This document shows positions 1-12,000 of a stretch of 58,403 nucleotides of DNA, piece by piece. The number at the start of each line of letters is the position of its first letter. The stretch's first letter is position 1. The translations under genes and the position numbers were made by a program. Origin of the DNA: Patescibacteria group bacterium (GTDB lineage: Bacteria > Patescibacteriota > Microgenomatia > UBA1400 > 2-01-FULL-45-11); the NCBI GenBank assembly GCA_042569595.1, contig JBHPHI010000003.1, forward strand, positions 1 to 58,403, written 5' to 3'. The notes under the pieces were generated by a model, which saw only the letters and a list, made by a program, of their open reading frames with translations, was not told the DNA's origin and made no database searches.

Positions 1-2
1 TC

Positions 3-3000
3 TTTTTTGGAAATAATTTGTTTGTTTTTGGACCTAAAAGTAGCGTTCGTCCACTGAATTGCGCTGCCTGTTGTTATTAGTGTTAATAGGTCTGATTTTT
101 GTTTCGGATCACTAAGAATTTCTTGCGATTTTCCAACAAATACTATCTTCAACTTTCTATCTTTGTCTATAACTCTAACCTCATTAGAATTGTTTAGTAT
201 TTCATCTAGGTCTCTTTCAACTTGCGAAACCTCCTCTGCTTTTTTGATGATTCCAACATTAATAACAACCTTATTGTCCTTAATGCCCGCAAATTTGAAA
301 TCGCTCCAAGTTGCTCCTTGCTCGATTTCAAAAAGGTCATTTTTTATCCTTTCCCATGCAGACAGTTCTGATTTAACTATGTTTGAAAATGGGAGTAAGT
401 CTAATGCGTTATAGAAGGCAAGAAGTAGTGGAGGTGTTTTGGATTCTGTGTTTTCTCTATCCTCAGTTAATTCTTCTTGTTGTTGAGTGTTTTTTTCATC
501 AACCTCTCCTGCTTCAGATCTTTGAGTTCTAAACTCTTGAATGATTCTGTCCTGCTCTTCGAAGGCGTCTATAGCTTCGTACACTAAGTCTCTAATGAAG
601 AAGAAGGCTTTGGGAAAGAAGCTGACAAAATTGTTTCCTATTAAACTTAAGAAGGCTGAAAATGCTTGACCTGCTAGTTGAATCCTTCTTGTAATTGGAA
701 GCCTTGAAAGATCGATTCCTGTTTGCCCTCCTGGCTCATCGGTATCATCGTCGTCAACTTTTATTTGAACAGCGTTGGCTATTACAAATTTCTCTCTTGG
801 TTTTTGATATGAGAACTGACTTGAGTAAGTTTCATATGTTTGAGTGGTAGGAACTTGGAATCCGACCATGGTTTGTGAGACATCTACCTCTTCTGCGCCC
901 CTATATGCCTCACTGAGACCGTAATCTAATCCTACTGCCTTACCTCCAAAATGCTCACCAGCTGCACTAATACTGTGACCGAAATAAACTCTAGGAGCAT
1001 TAAATATTGCGTTGTATTCGTCAACAACCTGCTCATAAATAAAACCGTCTCTTCTGGTTAGGTTTTGGAATAGGCTTCTAGCCTCTGACCTGTTTCCAGA
1101 CCTTAATATTCCTTTTATATTTCCGTTAATTCTGTTTACTGTGTCCTGAGGAGATAAGCCTTCTCTTGCCGCTCTTGCTCTAAATTCCTTTAGATCTCTT
1201 AATACCTGATGATGGTCTATCCCTCCTTGCGGAGTTCTTGGTATCTGACCATATCTGTGGTCGTCTGGATATAGATAGTAGATGTAGGCTGGTGTGTCAG
1301 AATGTTGGAGAATAGAGCCATCTGATCTAAAACCAATAGCATCTAAATTAGCTAGAAAATCTCTAACTCCGCTAGTTCTGTTGGCTATTCTAATCTCTTC
1401 CCTACTAACTCCATTTTTTCTAAACAGAGTTCCTGGACCCCAAAGGTTCTCATTATTTTCTTCTAGCATGGCCCAAAGGAATTGGACTTCATGATTTCCT
1501 AGAAGCATCTCAACGTTGGCGCCCTGTTTTTTAAGATCAACCAGCCTTCTAATGATCTCTATTCCTGGGGAATAAGACCTTCCTCCCAGTCTTCTTACAA
1601 CAAATTGGGCGGGTTGGCCCGTAGCTTTATCAATACCTCTGTCGAAATAGTCTCCCAAAAAGGTGAGAATGTCGTGGTTTTTGTTTTTTAAGGTCCACGA
1701 TCCGTCACTGTTGACTGAAATGACACCTTGCCTGATTAGTATTTTTTCTAGTTTTGCCAAGTCTGAATGAACATCTGCAATTATCCTTCTAGTTGCTTGG
1801 GTGTATTGTGTTTCAGTTCCAACTTGCTTTGTGTGAGTTTGAACTGTGGTTTTGTGTGAAAGTCCGCTGATTACGTTATTGCTCATTTGAGCTGCTATTC
1901 TAGTAGCGTTTTGTGATAGCTGATCAACAATTCTTGTAATGTTTTCTTCTGAAATTCCAGCTTCTCGTAGTTTGTTGGTTAAATAATCAATAACTTTGGG
2001 TGAACTAAGGCGACTTATAATCCTATTGTAAGACTCGACCATAATTGTTTGTTGGACATCTGCCGGAGAAGCTTGAGTGTTTTGGAATTCTTGCTGAACC
2101 TGCCTGTTAACTGCAGTAGTTTCTTGGTTGATTATTGCCTGACTAAAATCATCTAGTACTCTGTCTGCCAATCTTTGCTGTGGGGTTTTAAATAGGTTTT
2201 GAACGTTGGATCTTAGTTGTTCTATTAAACTAATGGTTGGTTCTTGTTCCTCTTCCTGAGTGGTAGCTGGTGTGATTGGCTCTTCTGATCTATCTTTTGC
2301 TTGTTGACTTGGTGCCTTTGTTTCTTCTGCGAGTTTGTTGTTTAGATCATGATCAACCACCTTATGTCTTCCATATCTTCCTAAGAATGCTTCTGGGAGA
2401 GCTATTCCGTGCTCATTCATAAATAGAGCAACATCTGTCTCGTGATCTGATATAGATTGGTCGTGAGCAATTTGACTTAAAGCTCCAGAGTCGAGACCCC
2501 TGTCTTCTAACATAAATTGAAGTCCGTGTAACCATTCCTCAAGGTAAACTACAGCAATATTGTGCTGTTGGTTTCTAGTAAGCTCTCCATCAACTACTGA
2601 AGCCCAACCAAGCGTAATTTGTCCGTTGGTGTGATACATGGAGGCATAGGCTACATTGTTTGCAATTACTTGAGTCATTCCTTCTGTATCTTCTGCGTAA
2701 ATTTGACCTCTGCCCGTATCAACTAATATTCCTACTGCTTCTGCCTCTTTTTGACCAGTGCTTAAATGCTCTATTGCTTCTTTGTATTGACCGCTTTTGA
2801 TTAAGTCTACTGCTTGGCCAATGTAGTTTATGTACGCAGCCTCAGCTTCACTAAATTCTTGTCCCCTTAGGTTGGGTGACTGAGAAATAATCTTTTCATC
2901 TGTGGTTGGTGAGTCATCTATTTTGGCGGTTGTTCTTGCGGAGAATTCTAGGTTAATCTCTCCTTTACTAGTTTGCGTGATTATGACTGCCTGTCCGCCG

Positions 3001-6000
3001 ATTATTATTGTGTCTCCAGAGTTAATGATTTGAGTTCCAAGTTTTTCTATTAGTTTTCCGTTAACCAAAGTTCCGTTAGTGCTCCCTCTGTCTCTGATAA
3101 CCCAGTTTCCTTGATTATCTTTGTATATATCTGCGTGTTGTCTACTAATTTCTGGGTGACTAATAACAAATCTGTTGGCTGAGTTTCTACCAATTGTGAT
3201 TGGATTGTCTTGTGTGGCCCGATCAGAAGGTACTTTGTGTTGTGTATTTGAATCTAGATCTATTCTTACACTTGGTTCTGGTTGAGTTGTTGGATTGACA
3301 CTATCTATAACCTCATCTTGTGAGGATTCTTCAGTTTTTGGAGCTTCAGTTTCTTTGGGTGTTTCTTCAGTATCTGGAGTTATTTCTGATTCTGTAATAT
3401 CTTCTGTTGTCCCTCCCCTGCCAGTTTGCAAGGTTTGATCTGAGGGTGGTTTTCCGTCATCTGGGAGGGTATCGTCTGTTGGTGGAACTTCTTCTGGCGG
3501 TGGTTCTTGATCGTCAACATCATCCTCTCCTCCTTTTTCTTCTGAGTCAGGTTTTTCTTCCGTTGGCTTATCTTCCCTGGGTGACTCTTTTGGTTTATCT
3601 GGTTTTTCAGTCGTTGTTGCATCTGCTATTGGTCTGAATGGGCCATTAACGTCTTTGAAGCCTGCAATAATATCATCTTGTGTTGCTCCAGCTATTCCTA
3701 GATTTTCCAAAGCTTCTCTTATAGCCTGCTCATTTGCTCTGCCACTCTGGGCATATTCGTATTCTCTCTCAAGTTGTTGAAAATCACTCCTTCCTGACAA
3801 CCATGTGCTTAATGCAGCCCTAACTGATCTTTCACCCTCTGATCCTGTTAGGCCTCTTAAGAAATCTATGCCTTGATTTGAAGATATGCCGCCTTGAATT
3901 TGTTCTTGACTTAGTGCTCCTAATCCAATTACTGATCTACCAATATTGCTAAAATTACTAAATGCCCTGGCGATTGGTTGGACAACATTATAATTAAATG
4001 CTGGGCCCCATCTCTTTGGATTGATTATTGTTCTGGTTGCCTCTTGAACGGTTCTGGTAATAGAGGGTTTTGCTTTGGCTACATAAACTGCTGGCGGTGT
4101 ATCTAAACCCCTATTAACCACATCTGGCATATCAGATTTTGTATAAAATGAAGAGAATTCTTCAAATAAGGTAACGAAGTTTTTGGTTACATAAATCGGA
4201 GTGTCTGGTGTCGGGTTGTCTGAAAATCTTACTCTCCAAGCACCCTCTGCTTCATCGTAGGTTGCAAATCTGTTAATGTCTGGGTGGTCTCTGATTGTGG
4301 GAATGTCTGTATCCCACTGGCTCTTCATAAAATCAATAACTGACCTTGGAGCTCCTTCAACCTGTAGTCTGTCTACCAAGGCCCTAACTTGTTGATGGCC
4401 TGAGTCTATTAGATTAAATGCAACAATGTCGCTGTCAACACCTTTGTTTATAAGATTGGCGTTAAATTGTGAAGTTTCATCTATCTTAGTAAGTGCATTT
4501 TGGTATATTTTGTCCCATTTACCATGCTCTCTGCTTCCCGATCTTAGTGTGGATAAATGCTCGTCTCTAGCCCTTACTACTGCGTCTCTTTGCATGGCGC
4601 TGGTTAGGTCTGAGAAGTTTTTCCAGGCAATATCTTGGCTCTTGGCCTGAGTAGCTTTGGTTCTGTGACTTTCAAGGTCAAAAAGGCCTAAATCTCTTCC
4701 AGATGCAAACTCTTCCCAAGCAGTTGTTGCTCTGGCTGTTTCAACTATTTGATCAGCTTTTTCTGCAGCTAATCTTAATACTTCAGGATCGTTGGTGGGC
4801 CTTCCTGATTCTATAAGACGCGCTATCTCCGGGTCAGTTTCGATTAATTTATTAACTAATTGTCCATAGTCACCACCACCTTCACCAGTTTCAAAATTAT
4901 ATGTTTTTCTACCCCCATCTATATCGACCAATAAGGCAAGAAGTCTATTTCTTCCAACCCCCTGATTAACAAGGTCTCCATCTGAAGCTCTAATAACTAA
5001 ATCCCCTTCAAATGAATATTCTGTTAAGTGTTTCCAGGTAGGAATGTAGTTGCCCTCTACTACGTCTTTTATTGACACCCCTAAACTGACCCCCGTTTCT
5101 CTATTTAGTTGGTAAATAACTAGCAGCTCCTCCCCACTGTCAGCGGTTGAATCTTTAATAAACTTCCTCCAAGAATCGATGTCCGGATCGCCGTTTTTCT
5201 TTGTGAAATAAACCTTATCACCTAGTGAACCATCATCATTTCTGGTTCTTTGATAGAAAGATCCATCTGGGTCTGTGCCAGCAATAATTTTTCTACCTGG
5301 AAATTGCTTGTCTATGTAGGCGTCCATATCCTCCCAAGAAATGCCGCCGTTTTCGTTGACAATGGCAATTGGTTTGGTGATTTCATTAATCTCAGCCTGG
5401 AGAACGTTTGTTTTTCCTACATTGTTTATGTATTCAATGGAATCACTGTCTCCGTTAGTAATTCTTGAGATTTCAGCATCTAGCTCCTGAATCTTAGATT
5501 CGATCTGTTCTATAAGTTTTGTGTTACCAGAATTTCTGGCTGTTTCTGCTTCGACTAGTAATGCGTGCTTATTTTCTGATAATCTTACTGCCTCAACATA
5601 AACTTCTTCTCCTTTTATAGTTACTTCTTTTCCGCTTAGTATTCTTGTGGTTTCGGGGATTAATTCTGGCTTAGGCAAGTCTTGAATTCCTCCCCTGATT
5701 GAATCTAATTCTGTTTGAAGCCGAGGTGCATTGTTTGACACCTCTGATTGAGAGTGTCTTATCAATACCTGTTGTTGATCTGCGTCTAAATCTTGCCAAG
5801 ATACTTCTCCTTTTGATTTAATATTTCTTGCGTCTACGCCAGCATCTTCAATAATTCTTATAACTTGATTTGTATTTTGAAGCGTTTCTGCAACATGTCC
5901 TCTAGTGGCGTTATGAAGAATCATATCGGACATGTTTTCTCCTGTCTGACCAACTCTAGCTACTTCAATGTCTCTGGCAGTTCCCGAAACCTGCCCTCCA

Positions 6001-9000
6001 ATTCCCTTAAAGTTGTCGATTACGTCTCCTGGGGTGGCTGAGTAGCCAATCTTTGCAAGCAAACTTGCGTCGGTAATGACTCCTGCTTGTTCGAGTTTAA
6101 TGAACTCTTGGCGCTGTAGTTCTTGTTGTCTCATAATATCGATGGCATTGGTGGTGGATGAGTTTTTGCTAACTGAGAGTTTGGTTGGATCAAAATCTCC
6201 CCTAGGACTGTTGTTTTGGCCTCTAATTATGTCTACCCCCGTAGTGTTTTGAGCATATTGCTGCCAAAAGCTTTGCAGTTTTAGCTCGTTGTCCTGACCT
6301 TTTGTTCTTAGATTTGCTACTCCTTCTTCTACTGAAAAATCGTTTTGCCTAACCTGAGACATAACAAACAACTCTGCCTCCATAGCTGTGTTTTTAGCAA
6401 TAATTCTTTGCTGTAGAACCTCTAAGTCTCCGGTTTGATGAGAGTTTACAAACTCTTGCATAGCTTGCTTTATCTCATCTGGAGACATGTCTTTGGCTTT
6501 AGCTAGGGGTGAATCTCTGAAGGCTGGATGGTCTGACTCTGAAAGAACCATTTGTTTATAAATTTCGCTTTCGAAGTCAGGATTTAAAGGTCTTCCGCCC
6601 TCACCAAAAATAACACCAGCAACTCTTTGCTCGTTATTGTTGGCATCAATAACTTGTTTCCTAAGATTTTCAATTAATGGTAACTTTTGTACTTCATCAT
6701 GAATTTTCACTGGATCATAACTAAGATCTCCAGCAAAATCGATAAAATCTACTTCTTCTCCAGCGCTTCTATAGTAACCCCCGTCGGTAATTGGGGCTTC
6801 ATCTATAAGTTGGTGCTGTGAAGCAAGTTTTTGATACATGACTGCTTCTGGAGAAGTATCGTTCCCTCTAACGAATGAGAAGTTGTGTGATTTTTCGTCT
6901 GTCATAATGATAATTCTTTCACCACTTCCTAGCATTGCCTCTACTTCTTCCGTAATTATTGACCTGAAAGTGTCTCCATTTTTCCCATCTACTCTCTCTC
7001 CAGCGACCCTAATGGTAAACCCTTCATCTTGGTCATATGCGAGAACTCTAACCCCAGCTTGATCTAATAATTCTTGGTCTATAAAGTCGTTTTTAAAACT
7101 ATCTATTAATCCACCAGGGGCACGAATACTTACTGGGGCGCCTGTATCAGTAAGCACCAGAGCGGCAAGTGGTATTTGGACTAAGCTTTTTCCTGATCCT
7201 GCTCCTGATTCGATAACAACCTTTCCTTTAACGACTGCGTCAACAACATCAGTGATCTGGGTGAATCTTGCACCAGCTTCTGGGCCAAAAAGCCTTTGGA
7301 TATGAGTGTCCATAAGGTCAATATTGCTGTTTAGTTGATTAATTAAGGATTTTATTTCTGGAGGAGCTGACCTGCTGACTTCTATTCTTCTATCATTTTT
7401 GTCTATTTTGAGTAACCCATCGGACTCAAATTGCTGCAACTTAGCTATGAGATTTTTGCCAGTAAGTTCTGGGGTGAACGTTTTATCAGAATCACCCCGG
7501 AATCGGGATAAAAAGGTATCTTCAAACCACTGTCCCGCAGTTCTTCTGGTAGTTTGAATGTTTTCTGGTGTAACTGATCCTGATTTAATTTCTATCGCCT
7601 TTGGACTGTCACCAGTTGTTAGCTTGCTCATTGAGTCTGAAGAAATGGTGGCGTCAAGTCGATTTACATTTTCTGTTAATCGAATGGCGTGGCCTTCTGT
7701 GAGGAATTCTCCTGGTATCTTAGTTGAAGGATTGTTGTCGAAGGTAGCTCTAATTTGGTATTCGCCCGTACTTTCATTGAGTTTGTAGATGACTATTTGT
7801 TCACCGCTGTTTCTGCCTATTTCTAATGTTTTTCCGTTAATTTCAATTTTTGTGTCTTTGTTTAAAACTAAATCGTCTGGCGGGGCTCTGACAGGCGTGT
7901 CGTCTGTTGTTGTTTGGGTTCGTGTTGTTTCTTGCTCTGTTTGGTTTACTCTGGTTTCTTCAATGTCAGGTTGTGTAGGTTTAGATGATGGTAGATCCGT
8001 ATCTGTGGTTTCCGAATCAGCTAGTCTAGTTGTTTGTCCAGATATTTCTGTGTCTTGAGTTCTGTAACCACCAACTGGATTTCTCCAGCTGTCTCCGAAT
8101 CTACTCGTTCCAATTTGATTGGTTTGATTAATAAACCTATCTGCTGCAGCTTGGTGTGCATCAATGTCATCCACGTCAGTTGTGCGGATGGAGTTTTCAA
8201 ACTCTTCTTGAGCTTGCCTAAATTGAGCTGACTCCTCATTGTTTGTGAGTCTATCTATTGTTTTTCTTACTCCCGTTGTTAAACTAGCAGCCAAAATTGC
8301 TTGCTCCTGAGAAACTCTGCCGTATAGTTCTACTGATTTTTGTTTTGCATCAATGTCCGTTGGATTGTTCCTGTAGGCTTCATGCGCCTCAATATATGAT
8401 TGTTCTGTTGGTGTGGGGGTTTTCCCAACAGAACCTGCCAACCTTGTCATGTTGTTATCAAGTTCAACTTCTTTATATACAGAGAAGACGTTGTTTCTTA
8501 GATCAATATTTTCATTAAGGCTTGAAAGGGACTGACCTCTAACTACTTCTAATAGTCTTTGTTCGTTTAAGGTTAGGTTTCCATCATCTATTAATGATCT
8601 ACCATAGTTGATTCCCTGATCAATTGAAGCTTCAAACTGACCCTGAGCATATATTGCCCCCTGAAGCATTGCTTCTGCGTCTACTATTGTAAGTTTTATT
8701 GTTTGTCCATCTACTGGATTTACATAGTCTATAAACTCTGGGGCTCCTGGTTTTCGAAATTGCGCCATTAAATCATCTGCTTCTGCTAAGACAGGAAGTT
8801 TCCCAGTATAAGGGTCTGCTTGGACAGTTCTCATTGTGTGAATACCAACACCTAACTGCCCCGTATTAACCATAAGATTCGTCCAGGCTTGACTACATTG
8901 GGCAGGATTTGCGAGAGGCCCTCCTCCACAAGACATCATAATGTCCCACCCTGTTGCTGCTTCATCTATTACGTCGGTGCCTATATTCAGTCCTGTATCT

Positions 9001-12000
9001 ACAACCTGTGTTGCTCTATTGGATGATCCAGCAGGAATGAGAGACCCAGCAGTTCGAGCAAGAGCTAATCCAAGGTTAACTTTTGCTAAAGAACAGTTGC
9101 TTTCGCTGTAGTGTTCTGCGGAATCATCACATTGGATAGTCATATTTCCGTAAGCTAAACCACTTCCTGCGACTTGAGTGACTACGTTTGCAGCTCTAAA
9201 AGCATTTGAGGTTTGATTTGCCACTTGAGATGCTACCTTTTTAGCTGCCTCTAGTGAGCCTAAAGTTCCAGCTTTGGCAGCTGCTATGGCAGAATTTCCA
9301 ACAAGATTTGATATTAGAGTATCTCCTCCTCCAGCTCCCAGAAAAGCTCCTCCAACCTGAAGAACTGTTCCTCCAACAGCAAGCCCACACTGAAGACCAT
9401 CAAGCTCTTCTCCCCCACAAACGGTTCCTAAATTGTCTAAGCCAACGGTAGCGTTATAAATGCTAGCTCCAGTTTGAAGAGTGAAAGCTGTTTGAGCCAT
9501 GGCTGCCCATCCACCACCAGAAAGCCCTTGCCCTATTCCAGTAACTGCTCTTGTGAGAAGTCCTCCTGTTGAAGATGCTGCAATTGTCCCACCTGAAGCA
9601 ATGGCTGCCCCTGCCCCAAACACAGGAATGGCAATTGCTGCTATTTTGACTGCATCAGCTGCTGGGGCAGCTCCTTGAATGAGAGCTCCTCTTGTTCTGT
9701 CCCACCAAGTGTCTCCGTTTAGTAGTAGGTCATTTCCCCTCATGGTGGCACCGTTAGTTTTGTCGTTATAGTAGATTACAAATCTTGTTAATAGATCTCC
9801 ATTTTCTGCCATGTCATCATATGTTTGTTGCATTTCGGCAAAATTTACATTTATTTCATCTACTGTGATCCTTCCATCTCCGTTAATGTCTTCAAAATCA
9901 TCTACTTCTCCACTTTGCCACTTTTGATACCTTTCTACCTGAGCACATGCGTTGCTATCATTTTCAAAATTACAATTTATTACCTCTCCGGTATCTTCAT
10001 CAAATTCTATTTGTTGAAGATTCATAAGACTTGGAAGTATGTTTTGGTAAGCTAACGCTTGCTGTTGTTCAATGTTGTCTGATTCAAAATCGACTACACA
10101 ATTTCTTTCTGAATAATAATCTATGCCTCCGCTTTCATCGCATCTATAACCATCACTGCAACTGTTTTGTGTGCTGCCAATTAAATTTATGTTGCAGGTA
10201 CCAGCAGAGAGTCTTTGACTATCACTAACGACACAGCTCGTTCCCTCTACCTTATATCCATCTGGGCAACTAGGTCTGCCTTGACCAGTATTATATTGAG
10301 GATCAATTACACCATCGATTCCAAACGTATAACCATCATATATTCCTGGTACTCCCATTGCATCGTCTACCACACATGCGTTTTTATCCCCATCCCATCT
10401 AGCGTTAAGGCCCGGCATGGTTGCTCCACAGGCCTCTTGTCTGATTTCAAACCCTTCTTTTAGTTCTGTGTAGGTTTCATAACTTATTTCTCCTTGAGTG
10501 TACTGGTCTAGTAAATTGTCTCCGTATTCTTCATGTAGGTTTATGGCTGTATTTAGACTATTAATTGTTTCCTGGGGCAGAAATTGTCCGTAACTACCCT
10601 GTCCCATACAACCACCTGAATCGATTAAGCTTTCAATTCTAGCCATGCTGGTACCACCCTGCTCTCTTAAGCAGTCTTGCTGGACTGAAGACGATCCGTT
10701 AATCGCATAGTCTGCAAATTCACCCATGGGGTCTTTGCATCTTTCTCTATCTCTTCCTGGAGATGAATATTTTTCAAAACACATTTCAGCTAATCTCTCT
10801 ACATCTTGACTGGCAACTGCTGAGGCAATAGCTAAGGCATTGGCGTGAATTACTAAATCAGGATTTATTTCTCCTAATTGTTCTATTAGATTAGCTTGAT
10901 ACTCATCTCGATAAGTTGTGCATGCTTGTCCAGCATAACGAGCAGATTGTGCGTCCATACCCTGAATACTTGCCAAACATTCTTCTTGAGATTGTGTTGC
11001 TTGAGTCAGCATCCAAGAAGCTTCTGAATATATATAGTTAGTTTCTATGGCCTCTTTAATTTGATCCACCTGGTCTTCTCCAAACCTATCTTCTGCTTGT
11101 GTAAGTAGTTCTTCATATCTAATACAGCTTGGTGCTCCTGAGCTAGCTGTGCTGCCGCCGACGCCTTCACAAGCAGTTCCATATTCTTGTAAGTCTTCAT
11201 ATAATTCTTGGTTTTGTCGTGCAGTTTGTACTGTTTGACTTAAAGCTTCCTTCTGGTCATCGGATAATGCATTTCTTTCTTCTCTGTATTCAGCACAACC
11301 AGGAGCACTGTAGTTTCTCGAACATTCAACTCCTTGTTCTACTAAGTGGACTATACTTTCTTGTGCTTCGATTCTTTCTTGTGTGTCTGACAATATCCCA
11401 TCAAAAGCTCTTTGGTCGTCTCTTGACAGTGAGTCGTAGTCTGGCCAAAAACCCCTACAACCCTCATCCCACCTAGGCTTATCTGCGCATTCCAAACCCA
11501 ATTCAACTAGAGGACCTAGGGTGTAATTTATTCTGTCTTGTTCCTGAGCATAGGCTAAGGCTCTTTCGTACATTGCTTTTTGCTCATCTGTTAGGTTGCT
11601 TACTGTTTGCTCGTGACTGTAACACTCATAGTCTGAATAGGCTAAACTTCCTCTTTCTGGACAACTCAACCCTTCTTCAATTAATCCGCTTAATTGAGTA
11701 TCTATAAATATTTGAGCTTCTACTGAAGAACTGATAGCTTCTTGGGCTGCGGTAGATAATTGAGCCATTGCTGCAAAATGTGCCCTACACCTATCTTCTT
11801 CTCGACCATACATATTTTCAGGATCGGAACAAAAAATGCTATCTTCTAAAAGCCCCTCCCTATCTTCGTGAATAAGGTCTAAATCGCCTGCAGAATGCGT
11901 GTATCCAATTTCGACATTTTCTCTTTCAATAACGTAGTTAGGACCGTAAGTTACTTGACATCCTGGACACTCCATCCACTTACCATCGTTACATCTCCAT

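Noticed and set aside
4548-4556. Perfect DnaA box inside the giant gene
   Set aside because: A single 9-mer in coding sequence is expected by chance.
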